From Octopus bimaculoides (lineage: Eukaryota), in assembly GCF_001194135.2 (NCBI RefSeq), contig NC_068983.1, forward strand, positions 23,680,249 to 23,719,513: a DNA stretch of 39,265 nucleotides, written 5' to 3'. Positions 1 to 11,199 of this stretch are shown here, in pieces (positions within the stretch are counted from its first letter, which is position 1; each line of letters begins with the position of its first letter). The translations under genes were made by a program, and so were the position numbers. The notes under the pieces are model-generated. The model had not been told where the DNA came from. It worked only from the letters and a program-made list of their open reading frames with translations, and searched no databases.

Positions 1-8
1 CACTTATA

Positions 9-812
9 TCATCATCATCATCATCATCATCGTTTAACGTCCGCTTTCCATGCTAGCATGGGTTGGATGGTTTGACTGAGGACTGGTGCAACCGGATGGC
101 TACACCAGGCTCCAATCTAATTTTGCAGAGTTTCTACAGCTGGATGCCCTTCCTAACGCCAACCACTCAGAGAGAGTAGTGGGTGCTTTTACGTGCCACC
201 GGCACGAAGGCCAGTCAGGTGGTACTGGCAATAGTCACGCTCAAAATGGTGTATTTTATGTGCCACCCGCACAAGAGCTAGTCCAGGGGCACTGGCAACA
301 ATCTCGCTTGAAAATCCATACACATGTCACGGGTACAAGTGCCAGAAAGGCGACGCTGGGCACAGGTGCCATCCCAATTTCGCTTGCCCCAATAAGTCTT
401 TGCAAGCTGAGTTTCGTGTCCAATGAAGGAGACGACGTTGGCATGGGTGCCAGTCGTCGAATTTAGTTCGATTTCGATTTCACTTGCCTCAACAAGTCTT
501 CACAAGTGGAGTTTAGTGTCCAATGAAGGAAGGTACGCATAAGTGGGCTGGCTACACCCTTGGAAGAGGCCTTGGATTTAGGTCTCACTTGGCTTGCTGG
601 GTCTTCTCATGCACAGCATATTTCCAAGGGTCTCGGTCAGAAGTCATCGCCTCAGTGAGGCCCAATGTTTGACGGTCTTGCCTCACCACCTCAGCCCAGG
701 TCTTCCCGGGCCTACCTCTTCCACGGGTTCCCTCAATTGTTAGGGTGTGGCACTTTTTCACACAGCTATCCTTGTCCATTCTCGCTACATGTCCATACCA
801 GCGCAATCATGA
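9..812 (-). mobile_element. 5'-truncated RTE-clade LINE 3' end: ORF2 C-terminus plus 3' UTR and (ATG)n tail
   Basis: The minus-strand ORF 585-806 reads (L)RWYGHVARMDKDSCVKKCHTLTIEGTRGRGRPGKTWAEVVRQD...DRDPWKYAV, the typical RTE ORF2 tail (RWYGHVxRM...GxRxRGRPxKxW). It is followed by a 3' UTR and a (CAT)n run at 9-30 on +. The UTR recurs at 3832-4086. Confidence 0.85.
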
Positions 813-839
813 AGATGATGATAACAAAATGCTTTGGAG

Positions 840-1015
840 TGTTTTGTTCTGGCTTGCTATGTTCTGAGTTCAAATCTCATCAATGTCACCTTTGCCCCTC
901 AAACTTCTGGATGTAATGAAATAAAGTACAGTTAAGTACTGAGATCAAAAGAATCAACTAATTCCACCCATTCAAAATTACTGGCCTTGTGCCTAAATCA
1001 GAAACCTGTATCATT
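840..1015 (+). mobile_element. Degenerate tRNA-derived SINE (family B), partial
   Basis: B-box-like gagttcaaatc followed by a core (aataaagtacagttaagtactg...) similar to 1094-1315, 2755-2955 and 14723-14940. It ends at an (ATT)n microsatellite. Confidence 0.65.
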
Positions 1016-1028
1016 ATTGTTATTATTA

Positions 1029-1093
<65 letters not shown>
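1011..1093. repeat. (ATT)n microsatellite
   Basis: Directly visible run. Confidence 0.95.
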
Positions 1094-1095
<2 letters not shown>

Positions 1096-1315
1096 GGCAG
1101 TGAGCTGGCAGAATCGTTAGCATGCTGGGCAAAACGCTTAGTGGCATTTCATCTATCTTTACGTTCTGAGCTCAGATTCCGTCAGGGTTGACTTTGCCTT
1201 TCATCCTTTCAGAGTTGATAAAAGAAATACCAGTTGAGTACTGTAGCTTACTGTAATTGATTTACCCGCTTCCCCATAATTGCTGACCTTCTGCCAAAAT
1301 TTTAAATCATTATTA
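1094..1315 (+). mobile_element. tRNA-derived SINE (family B; central domain gttgactttgcctttcatcctttc...gataaaa...taccag)
   Basis: A-box-like gagctggcagaatcgttag, B-box-like region and a conserved central domain. Further copies are at 14723-14940, 2755-2955 and 32160-32295 (-). The core resembles the Meta-type SINE domain (from memory, unverified). Confidence 0.8.
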
Positions 1316-2125
1316 CCATTATTGTTATTGTTGTTGTTGGTTTTCAAAAAGTGTAGACATTTTATTTCTAACCTTACTGTTGGCTAGTTTTTGACTTTAT
1401 TTTTCCTAAAATTTTCATAAATAAAATGATATTTTTATGTGCCTAATGTCTATTTACAAAGCTAGCGAGTTTTTTTTATTCTATTAATTCTTGCATCACT
1501 TTGGAAAAAAAAAAAAAAAGAAAAAAAAGAAATTATTGAATATTTTTATTTCCTTTCAGTTCAACTTCGATGTTGTTCGATGTTTAATACCTTTCTCCAA
1601 TACACTGGATTTGTATTTTTTTTTACAACACAGTGGATTCATATTTTTACATGCATAACTATTTTACACAACAAGTAAATTTTTATTAAATTGTTTTCAC
1701 AAAAAAAAAAAAAAGAAGAATACAACTGCATCTGAACTTTATTTGAACATTTTGGTCAATTTTACGGTTTGACTTGGTTTATAACAACGTGAAGCAAACC
1801 AAGTAATACCCACAAAAAAAACAAAATCAAAAAAAAAAATGTAAAAAGAAACAATAATTTCAATGAACACACACTATAAAGACATAAACAAGCTTGCTTT
1901 GCAACCAGACATATATTTTTCATACACTGGAAGCATTTTATTTTTAGGAGTGAATAATTTAAGTCATTTTAAATGCTTACTCAGCAGTTACAAAAAGACA
2001 ATAACATTGCTGCCAATAGACAGGCATAAATTTTGCTGAGTGAGGTATGCTGTAAGAAATATTAGAATCATATGAATTTGAACCACAAATGTCTTGGATT
2101 GAGCATTCCTTACTATTACTATGTG

Positions 2126-2410
2126 AAGGTGCATGGCTTAGTGGTTAGGGTATTTGGCTTACAATCATAAGCTCGTGAGTTCAATACCTCGTGACACATT
2201 GTGTCCTTGAGCAAGACACTTTATTTCACATTGCAACAGTCCACTCAGTTGGCAAAAACGAGTAGTACCTGTATTTCAAAGGGCCGGCCTTGTCATACTT
2301 TGTATCATGCTGAACCCCACTGAGAACTATGTCAAAGGTGCACATGTCTGTGGAGTGCTTAGCCACAAGCAGGCTATTCCATTGATCAAATCAACTGATG
2401 GAATGCACTA
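2126..2410 (+). mobile_element. tRNA-derived SINE (family C)
   Basis: A box tggcttagtggttag, B box gagttcaatacc, then gtgtccttgagcaagacactttatttcac. Homologous to 9075-9320 (-), 31495-32000 (+) and 36172-36490 (+). Confidence 0.8.
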
Positions 2411-2754
2411 CAACTGCACTGGATGTTGTGAGAAAGCTCAGTTGTTATACTTGGAGTAGAGAAATCCACCTGAGGGCTTTCAGTTCCAAACAGTCAGAAA
2501 AAAAATTGAAAAAGAATGAATAGGTTTTGGAGGCTGCCAGAATCTGCCCCAACCTCACATACACATTTATTTCCTTTTAATTATATCCTGTTTTGATAAT
2601 TGTGTAGTTTATCATACACTTCAAGGATTTTTTTTTTCTGTGGAAATATTTGTACTTTTGAAATTTTAATTCATCCATTCAAATATTACATAACGTCTCT
2701 CATCCCTTTATTTTTCAATTTGTAAACTTATCTTTCATTCTCCACTTTTCCTTT

Positions 2755-2955
2755 AAGGGTAGCAAACTGGTAGAACCCCTAGAGTGCTAGAAAAAAGGCT
2801 TTGTGGTATTTCTTCTGGCTCTTTACATTCTGAGTTCAAATCCCACTGAAGTCAACTTGCCTTTCAAGGACAATGAAATAAAGTACCAGTCATGTACTGG
2901 GGTTACTGGTTTAACCCCCTTCTCCTCAAAATTGCCGGTCTTTTGCCTAAGTCTT
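2755..2955 (+). mobile_element. Degenerate SINE family B copy
   Basis: ttctgagttcaaatccc...gtcaacttgcctttc...aataaagtaccagtc matches the 1094-1315 family. Confidence 0.65.
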
Positions 2956-3414
2956 TAGAATTACTTTCTCCATATTTCTGGAACAGCACTTTGTAATATC
3001 TTCTAAGACTTCTACTATAGTTATATTCTATGGAATAAAAACATCGTTTCCTTTTTTATTTACTTTTTCTATCAGAATAGGAAGAAGATATTGAAAACAA
3101 GAGGTTCAGATCGTCACAACCAAAATTCCAAGAAGAATTAATGAACTGGTGAAATTGTAATGTTGTTAAATTTATTCCAGTTCCACTCACATAAAAGGAG
3201 AAATGAAAACTACGCATTTGTTATTTGTTTTAAAAAGTTGGCACTCAGTTGATAAAAGATACTTGAACAAAGATAAGATTCTGCACAATAACATTAGGAA
3301 GCGTTCATTAAAGAATAGAAAACAGAAATAAAACAAGAGAAAAGAAAAAACAAAAACAAAACAGCAAAACTAGTCAAAGCTTAATAGTGTTACATAGAAT
3401 TGACACGTTCTTAC

Positions 3415-3415
<1 letters not shown>

Positions 3416-3452
<37 letters not shown>
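3416..3452 (+). repeat. Poly(A) tract within an A-rich stretch
   Basis: About 37 consecutive A. This is the source of the spurious poly-Lys ORF 3400-3609. Confidence 0.9.
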
Positions 3453-3455
<3 letters not shown>

Positions 3456-3831
3456 AAAGACAAAAAAAAAGAGAAAAAGTAAAAGAAAGAGAAGAGAAAT
3501 TTCAATTCAGAAATACAACAGGAAAGTCATTTGCAAACTGAGAATCTCAAATGAAGATGTTGTGAGAATGAGTGTGAATATTAGTTCACACTTCAGGAAT
3601 ATAAATTGACAATTCTCAAGCAGTAATCCAGTAGATCTAAACATGGTTAGTATTTCTTCTAGAATGATCCTCAATCCTAACTCCCACCCACACCCTCTCT
3701 TACCTTCGAAATGTTGATGTGCACATGTCTACATACACACATAATCACACACACACACATGCACAACAGATATATATAAATATATATATGTATATGTTAT
3801 ATGTGTGTGTGTATGTGTGTATATATATATC

Positions 3832-4081
3832 ATCATCATCATCATCATCGTTTAACGTCCGCTTTCCATGGATGATTGGCATGGGTTGGACGATTTGACT
3901 GAGGACTGGTGAAACTAGATGGCTACACCAGGCTCCAATCTGATTTGGCAAAGTTTCTACAGCTGGATGCCCTTCTTAACGCCAACCACTCCGAGAGTGT
4001 AGTGGGTGCTTTTACGTGCCACCGGCACGAAGGCCAGTCAGGCGGTACTGGTAACAGTCATGCTCAAAATGGTGTATTTTA

Positions 4082-4086
<5 letters not shown>
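3832..4086 (-). mobile_element. RTE 3' UTR-derived short element (same family as 9-300)
   Basis: Near copy of positions 20-260 (tttaacgtccgctttccatg...gctacaccaggctccaatct...aaaatggtgtattttatgtgc) with a (CAT)n tail. Confidence 0.85.
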
Positions 4087-4143
<57 letters not shown>

Positions 4144-4417
4144 CACACACACATATATATATATAGATAGATAGATAATGTATATATATATATTTATATA
4201 TCATCATTAGCATCATCGCCATCACCACTACCATCATTATTTTGTGTCTGTTTTCTATGGGTAGGACAGTTTGACAGGATGCAACAAGTCAGTGGGCTAT
4301 GTCTTGCCTTTAATATCTCATTTTTGGCATGGTGTCCCCCCCCCCTACGGTGGGGGAGACGGTGGAAATCGTGGAGGAAGTTGCCTCCACGAAAAGGAAA
4401 AGGAAGATGAGCAACAA

Positions 4418-4502
4418 CGGGATGCCTTTATCTCTACTAAGTATACATGTAGATGTGTTACCTAAGATTAATTTTGAGGATCTGGTCAAAGACTTTGCAA
4501 TT
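4418..4502 (+). mobile_element. hAT transposase C-terminal dimerisation-region fragment
   Basis: Translates GMPLSLLSIHVDVLPKINFEDLVKDFAI. It is an inverted copy of 5082-5166. Confidence 0.65.
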
Positions 4503-5380
4503 CATTGATGGACGAATTCTTGATGCACAATCATCTCACATTTCCAGGGTTGACGCTTGTGGACAGTCTTCCAAATTGCTCATCATCATCTTCCAGGGAT
4601 GTTCTTCCACTTTTGAAGTGCCCGTGCTACTTGAAACATTGCATATGACCCATTGCCACATTGCCGTAAGCTTGCTAAAGTATGCTCAATGTCTCTGTAG
4701 CAGACTTCTCAAGTTTAACGCAAAATTTCACGTTGGCTCTTTGGTCCTGTCCATGACAAAATCACAGACTACAGCATACCCGTGATCACAAAAACACAAA
4801 TTTCACTCCTTGCAAAGCAAATACACCAATGTCACTTGACACTCTGCCTCATGAAGGTCACTGCTAGTCAGAGCCAGATTAAGATCCATCAAGGCCCTAA
4901 GCACTTAAAAAATGTTGGTGCTTCCATAAAAGATTATGTAATTCAAAATATAAACAATAACAAACCATAAAATAAATTTTTGTTTTTCAAAACAAAACAG
5001 AACAGTAAAAGGGGAAAATAATGTTTATTTTTGTATACTTCCACTTTATTTATATTTGAAAAGTTTCCTCCTGCTTTTTTAAATTGCAAAGTCTTTGACC
5101 AGATCCTCAAAATTAATCTTAGGTAATACATCTGCGTCTATATTTAGTAGAGATAAAGGCATCCCGAATATTATTTTAGCAAGTTTAAAGTTATTTCTTT
5201 TGTGCCATAAACCATTTACCATTTCTGTGGTGCCCCCTTCTTCCCTTGATGCCCTAAGCACATGCTTATTTTGCTTATTGGTTAATCCAGTGCTGTTGCT
5301 AGCTCTCACTGTGCATACAACCATGTGTCGTGTGTTGGTGCACTACAGAACAAGTCTGAGACCTTTTTGATACAACCTTG
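4503..5380 (-). mobile_element. Internally deleted mariner (Tc1/mariner) element, interrupted by a hAT at 4869-5295
   Basis: The minus strand 4748-4540 reads DQRANVKFCVKLEKSATETLSIL*QAYGNVAMGHMQCFK*HGHFKSGRTSLEDDDEQFGRLSTSV, the mariner N-terminal HTH region. The 5' TIR caaggttgtatcaaaaaggtctcagact ends at 5380 next to a TA. Confidence 0.8.
4869..5295 (-). mobile_element. Non-autonomous hAT element (427 bp) with TIRs and a degenerate 8-bp TSD
   Basis: The TIRs cagagccagattaa and cagcactggattaa (reverse complement of 5282-5295) match 10/14. The flanks ctgctagt (4861-4868) and ttgctagc (5296-5303) match 6/8. The internal minus-strand LSLLNIDADVLPKINFEDLVKDFAI*KSRRKLF matches the hAT C-terminus. 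Confidence 0.8.
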
Positions 5381-5519
5381 TATGTCTATGGAATACTCAA
5401 CTGCTTGCATTTTAATTCAGGAGCATATAATTCAGATGACAACTGAATTACAATTGAATCCTTTTCATCAAATGATGGAAATCTACCATCATCAACATAT
5501 ATGATTTTGTTTATGTATA

Positions 5520-5756
5520 CAGGGTGTTCATAAATTATCTTTACAACTTCCACAATTTATTGTATCTATTAAAGTTGAAATCCATCAATCAACTTGCAGG
5601 GAACCAATGGAGTCCACTTGAAAGTGTTCTGATGTTTCTAATAAAAAACTTTATTTGTTTGCCTATATTTTCCTATAAACTCTTCTGAGTTATCCTTATT
5701 TTTCATTTTTTTTCTTCTGAATATTCAAGATTGTAAAGTAATTTATGGACACCTTT
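5520..5756. mobile_element. Tc1/mariner-type MITE (237 bp) with TA target duplication
   Basis: Left end cagggtgttcataaattatctttacaa versus reverse-complemented right end aaaggtgtccataaattactttacaa. TA at 5518-5519 and 5757-5758. Confidence 0.75.
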
Positions 5757-5937
5757 TATAATTACATGTTATATCTAATGTGATAAAAAGCAAAAGTTCT
5801 TATGCAATACACTAGAGCTCTTACTGTATTATGACAAATGTAAAGCAACATCTTTTTATTTCTCTCTGCAGACAACAAAACTGAATCTATTTGACTGATT
5901 TCAGTTCTTGTTTAAATCTTATCTGAAACAAAATACC

Positions 5938-6116
5938 ATAGGTGCAGGAGTGGCTGTGTGGTAAGTAGCTTGCTTACCAACCACATGGTTCCGGGTTCAG
6001 TCCCACTGCATGGCATCTTGGGCAAGTGTCTTCTACTATAGCCTTGGGCCGACCAAAGCCTTGTGAGTGGATTTGGTAGACGTCGTATATATGTATATAT
6101 ATATATATATATATAT
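5938..6116 (+). mobile_element. tRNA-derived SINE family A, 5' half (runs into N gap)
   Basis: A box tggctgtgtggtaag, B box ggttcagtccc, then ggcaagtgtcttctactatagcc...gtgagtggatttggtagac and (TA)n. Confidence 0.85.
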
Positions 6117-6928
6117 NNNNNNNNNNNNNNNNNNNNNNNNNNNNNNNNNNNNNNNNNNNNNNNNNNNNNNNNNNNNNNNNNNNNNNNNNNNNNNNNNNNN
6201 NNNNNNNNNNNNNNNNNNNNNNNNNNNNNNNNNNNNNNNNNNNNNNNNNNNNNNNNNNNNNNNNNNNNNNNNNNNNNNNNNNNNNNNNNNNNNNNNNNNN
6301 NNNNNNNNNNNNNNNNNNNNNNNNNNNNNNNNNNNNNNNNNNNNNNNNNNNNNNNNNNNNNNNNNNNNNNNNNNNNNNNNNNNNNNNNNNNNNNNNNNNN
6401 NNNNNNNNNNNNNNNNNNNNNNNNNNNNNNNNNNNNNNNNNNNNNNNNNNNNNNNNNNNNNNNNNNNNNNNNNNNNNNNNNNNNNNNNNNNNNNNNNNNG
6501 AGAGGGAGAGAGGGAGAGAGAACGAGAGAGAGAGAGGGGGAGAGAGGGAGAGAGGGAGAGAGAACGAGAGAGAGAGAGATAGTTAATTTGATTTGTTTAG
6601 TGCTTTGCTGATGATTTATTTAAGTTAATTAATAAATTATGTGTTGAACAGGATTAATGTTCTGCTATATCAGCAGAATGACAAAAGTTGAATAGTTTCT
6701 CACTGTTGTGATGAGGAAACAAAAGAAGAAGGAACTTTATCAATACTGTAAGTTTGCAGCAGAACCTTGCCCAATTCACTACTGCTCTTTATTCTTAACA
6801 TGGACAGGATGACCACCACTTTCCAGTGCAACACTTATGAACATTCATACACTGATAACATGTTCCAGAGGATGCAAGGCATAGACATAAGCATCTTGAA
6901 TGGCAGGCTCACCTATGGGAAATACATC

Positions 6929-7354
6929 TTTACTCTTTTACTCTTTTACTTGTTTCAGTCATTTGACTGTGGCCATGCTGGAGCACCGCCTTTAGTTGAA
7001 GAAATTGACCCCAGGACTTATTCTTTGTAAGCCTAGTACTTATTCTATCTGTCTCCTTTGCCGAACCGCTAAGTTACGGGGACATAAACATACCAGCATC
7101 GGTTGTCAAGCAATGTTGGGGGGACAAACACAGACACACAAACACACACACACACACACACACACAACCGCACACACACACACACACAATGTGATGGGCT
7201 TCTTTTAGTTTCCGTCTACCAAATCCACTCACAAGGCTTTGGTCCACCCGAAGCTATAGTAGAAGACCCTTGCCCAAGGTGCCATGCAGTGGGACTGAAC
7301 CCAGAATCATGTGATTGGTAAGCAAGCTATTTACCACACAGCCACTCCTGCGCC
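6929..7354 (-). mobile_element. Full-length SINE family A
   Basis: Complete copy: a head with A/B boxes at 7354-7290, an internal (CA)n, and a 3' tail (AGTAAAAG)n at 6929-6950. Same family as 14994-15420. Confidence 0.9.
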
Positions 7355-7641
7355 TATTATCTATGATGAGAAACCTTAATCGATTTTCGAGTCTTATTGG
7401 GTTCTCACCAGAGTTGTCTACATCTTTCTGACAATCTGGGCCAGAATCTAAAAAAAATTGTGTCACTTGAATGTGATGAGCAAACAGATGGCATAGTCAA
7501 AATCAATGAACAGCCACTTCAATGTGGTTGTTAAATTCGAGTAACTTTGTGCATTATTGTCTATTGACAGCAATATTATATGTGATAACTGTAGCAGGTT
7601 TAGTGCTGCTTAGCTGAGAATGAAGTAAGTTACAGAAGTTT

Positions 7642-7950
7642 GGCATAGCTATGTGGTAAGATGATTGCTTTCCAGCCACATGGTTCCTGGTTCACTTCCA
7701 CTGGTGTGGCACCTTGGGCAAGTGTCTTCTACTATAGCCTTGAGGCGACCAAAGCCTTCTGAGTGGATTTGGTAGTTGGAGACTGAAAAAAACCTATTGA
7801 ATATATGTATATATGTGTGTGTCTTTGCGTCTCTATTTGCCCTTCTCACCACCACTTGACAACTAGCGTTGGCATGTTTATGTCCTCATAACTTAGCAGT
7901 TTGGTAAAGAGTAGAGAATAAGTACCAGGCTTAAAAAGAAAATATGTCCA
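7642..7950 (+). mobile_element. Older SINE family A copy
   Basis: tgtggtaag...ggttcacttcc...ggcaagtgtcttctactatagcc...gagtggatttggtag...taacttagcagtttgg. Confidence 0.75.
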
Positions 7951-8188
7951 AAGTGATAATAAAAATCTGTAATAAAAACTGTACCTTTCTTGAAACTGAA
8001 AGGTGACTAGTTGCATGAAGAGATAAGAAAAGAAAAAAAAGAAAAAAAACGTCTGTGCAGGTTGGAAGAAAATGTGCATGCAGCTAATGTACTGAAGATG
8101 CCATGAATCAAGCAAACTGGTGGAAGAGCAACAAAGGAGTGGATCCTGCAATGAAGTAAGATAACAGGGAATTTGTGTGTGCGTATAT

Positions 8189-8410
8189 ATCATCATCATC
8201 ATCATCGTCATTGTCGTTGTCGTTGTCATCGTCGTCATCATTGTCATTTAATGTTTGTTTTCCATGTTGACCAGAGCTGGTAAGGCTGGCGGGGGAGGCA
8301 CACTAGACTCCATTGTCAGTTCTGGCCTGGTTTCTATGACTGGATGCCCTTCCTAATGCCAATCACTTTACAGTGTGTATGGGGTGCTTTTTATGTGGCA
8401 CCAGCACCTG
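8189..8410 (-). mobile_element. Decayed RTE 3' UTR-derived element
   Basis: (CAT/GTC)n tail, then tttaatgtttgttttccatg...ctggatgcccttcctaatgccaatcac...gggtgctttttatgtggcacc, matching the 9-260 family. Confidence 0.65.
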
Positions 8411-8589
8411 TGCTTTTAATGTGGTGCACACACACACATCAGTTTATGTTACCTATTTATCAATTTATATTTCTCTACGTGCTCACGTTCATACATATTA
8501 TCCACTCTGTCCTGTGCTATCATTCACCACCATTAGTGGGAATTGTCTTGTCTCCTGCACTGGAGAGGGGTTGTCTTGCCCCTGCACAA

Positions 8590-8886
8590 GCACAAGATGA
8601 AAGAGTAAATGATAAAAGAGAATCAAAGTGGAGTGATAAAAAAAGGAGCAATGGAAGAGAACTTGTATGGTGGTGGTGGTGGTGGTGAAGAGATTGATGG
8701 AGTTAACAGTGAAGGAAGAGGGAGAGACTGATAGACAGTTACATGATGTTTGTTGGTAAGGAGATTGAATAGAAACACAGTTTGAGTGATGGGGAAGGAG
8801 AGTGCGGTAGGAAGAAGGCAGGGAGAAATGCTATTAGAAGTGGGAAATAGTGTTAGGAGAGAGAAAGTGTGATACTGTGGTGAATG

Positions 8887-8917
<31 letters not shown>

Positions 8918-9520
8918 TGAGAGCAAGAGAGAGAGAGAATGAGAGAGAGTTATGTATGTCAACAATGTGTAATAGAGGGAGGAGTAATGTGAAAAGTGAT
9001 AAGATAGTAATAAAGGTAGGTAATGGTGAGAGAGTGGGGGTAAAAGATGTGATAGATGTCAATGATGAGTGATAAGAGAGTGAAGGTAAAGGCGAAGTTA
9101 CCTTCTCGAGTCATAGCAACTCATAAGGGCCAGTTTCATTGTCTATATATTCCCCATGTGGATGGGACACTGGACTGTTGCAAAATTACTCACTTTTGCC
9201 AGCCAAGTGGACTGGAGCAACATGAAATGAAGTGTTTTGCTTAAGAACACAATGTATTGCCTGGTCTAGGAATCAAAACCACAGTTTTATTATCACCCTA
9301 ACCACTAAGCCATGTGCCTCCATGATAGGAGAGTGATGGTTATTAATAAAGAAGTGAGTAAGGGTAAAGGAGGATTGAATAAACTGGATGGGGTTATGAG
9401 AAAGAGATACAATGATAGTAAAGATACACATTGACAGATGAGTGGTGAGTGATAGATGAGAGTATAGTAAAGAGACGAAGAGAGTGGTATAAAGAGCCTT
9501 ATTAAGAGTATAATAGTGAG
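8590..9520 (+). repeat. Purine-rich dispersed repeat (unclassified), interrupted by SINE C at 9075-9320
   Basis: 8721-8790 aligns with 10073-10140 (gagagactgata.acagt...tttgttg...ttgaatagaaaca...). It carries (GT)n(GA)n tracts. Confidence 0.55.
9075..9320 (-). mobile_element. SINE family C
   Basis: Reverse complement: ggcacatggcttagtggttagggtg...ggttttgattcc...gtgttcttaagcaaaacacttcatttca. Confidence 0.75.
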
Positions 9521-9529
9521 GAGAGGCCC

Positions 9530-10223
9530 AAATGTAGATATTATACATTACAATCTCCATGACCACAGCTGTTTTGTTTGTACATCTGTCTTCATATGGC
9601 TGGAATTGTCCAACAATATTTACTGGCATAAACATTTGAAAACATCTTGCAAATTTTAATATCATTTAATAAATTTAGCGATAAGTCTTAGTCCTGGTTT
9701 TTTCAAGATGCTTTATGTACAAATAGTAAATGTATTCCTTTTTCAAAATCTTTGTTAATAAGGTCAGCTGGATAATGGTCTGCTAATCCATTCTCTGTTT
9801 TGAATGACCATGTTGCAAGTGTCTACTGTGATTAAGATTTTATGCAACACAGCATGCATTAATATAGAAACAGGATTTTGTTTAGATTTGCTATTACTCA
9901 ATTTATTTTATTTCTTCTTTTGGCTGATAAGTTAAACTCTAAAAAATTTTGTAATGATAACTGAACAATGGTAAAGTAGGATGCAAAAGAGATTGGTACT
10001 TTCAAAAAGAGAGGACTACTTATGTGATTTTTAAAGAAACTAAAGAAATAAAGAGAGGTGAGAGTAATGGAAGAGAGAGACTGATAAACAGTCAGATGAG
10101 GTTTGTTGATGAGAGGGTTGAATAGAAACAAACAGCTTGAATGGAATGATGGAGGAAAAGAGAATGATCAGAAGAAGGCAGGGTGAGAGAAGGGCTGTTA
10201 AAAGTGGCAGAGAAAAGTAATGG

Positions 10224-10265
<42 letters not shown>

Positions 10266-11190
10266 TGTGAGAGAGAGAGAGTGTGTGTGTGAGAGAGAGT
10301 GTGTGTGAGAGAGAGAGTGTTCTAGAAAAAAGAGTGAAAGAAGAGAGTGATGCATGTCCAAATGATTTATAACCAAACAGCTTATAAATCATTTGAGTTG
10401 TTCAAAAATATGACAGAGATCCTGGTATGCACTCAGCCATGTCCTTGACACAAAGACTGAGTGTATGGGAGTGGCCACATGGAAAAAATATCCCCATTGA
10501 ATTCTACTTCGATATATTTCCTTAGGAGTCATTTTACTTTTTACCACATGGATAATGTTGTTATTTGCTTGATTCTCATAGTCACTCAGATGAGTAGCAT
10601 ATTTTTTCAGGATATCCATGATTAGATGAGCAATCTCTCCCTCATAGTTATTACTTCAATCTGTGAAATTAAGAGATCCTTTTATTCCTTTTGTATTTAT
10701 ATTTCATGTCTACCATCCTTTTAGATAAATATTGCTTCAACAGAAGTACTCAGTATGAGAGAATCTGGAATTGCAAAGAGCGAAATGCTTTGAATACTTC
10801 CTTTCCAGCAAAATATGTGGCTTCACAATGTTAAAGCATTCTCATATAAACTTATTCTGTCTTGGGAGATGGGTAGTGAACTTTAAGGCCTTTACCTTTT
10901 TCATTGTATTCTACCTGTAGTATATGTTTTTGGAGAATAGAATTCCATCTTGACAGTAGTTCTATTAGACCTAAGAAATTTTCATTGTTTGAATTCCTGT
11001 GATGATCCACTCAATGATAAACTACATTCTCCACAAAAAAAAAAGAAGACATACTTCAAAATATACCATTTCACTACTTTAGTTTGGATATTGTTGCTGT
11101 TAATAAAAAAATCAACTTCTTTCCCTGATGAATGATGGGTTTAAAGGTCTCTTTCACGCTTTCTTTTTCCATGCAACACATCTTGGATAT
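9530..11190 (-). pseudogene. Fossil hAT transposase #2 (ZMYM1-like/Ac-Tip100-type), frameshifted, interrupted at ~10030-10345
   Basis: Minus-strand pieces in hAT order: FCGECSLSLSGSSQ; NFLGLIELLSRWNSILQKHILQV...KVHYPSP (10980-10860); HILLERKYSKHFA / AIPDS; EIAHLIMDILKKYATHLSD; PCGHSHTLSLC...AECIPGSLSYF (10482-10410, CxxH region); after the insertion, LSLQNFLEFNLSAKRRNKIN and ILMHAVLHKILITVDTCNMVIQ. Confidence 0.75.
10030..10345 (+). repeat. Second copy of the purine-rich repeat, with (GA)n, inserted in hAT fossil #2
   Basis: Aligns with 8700-8900, and hAT-like translation resumes on both sides. Confidence 0.55.
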
Positions 11191-11199
11191 TTCCTTTAC

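Larger units (their letters stand above)
6690..8160 (+). mobile_element. Highly decayed RTE-type LINE ORF2 remnant split by two SINE insertions
   Basis: Frameshifted pieces: TVSLQQ / CPNSLLLFILNMDRM (cf. GLRQGCPLSPLLF) near 6745-6815; MMRNLNRFS near 7368; KINEQPL / VVKFE*LCALLSIDSN...SRFSAA near 7500-7615; TEDAMNQANWWKSNKGVDPAMK* near 8092-8160 (RTE C-terminus). Confidence 0.55.

Noticed and set aside
86-466. 126-aa ORF, and the similar ORF 3909-4166
   Set aside because: Antisense to an RTE 3' UTR, and repeated within the window as a mobile-element sequence.
3076-3152. Plus-strand terminal exon candidate (EEDIENKRFRSSQPKFQEELMNW*)
   Set aside because: Short, with two alternative acceptors and frames, no recognisable homology and no supported upstream exons.
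3400-3609. Poly-Lys ORF
   Set aside because: Translation of a poly(A)/A-rich tract.
5938-6010. tRNA genes at SINE heads
   Set aside because: They have A/B boxes but no complete cloverleaf, and they continue into SINE bodies present in many copies.
6850-6912. Minus-strand exon candidate GEPAIQDAYVYALHPLEHVI
   Set aside because: The same bases are better explained as plus-strand decayed reverse transcriptase sequence, continuing past the SINE at 7355-7630.
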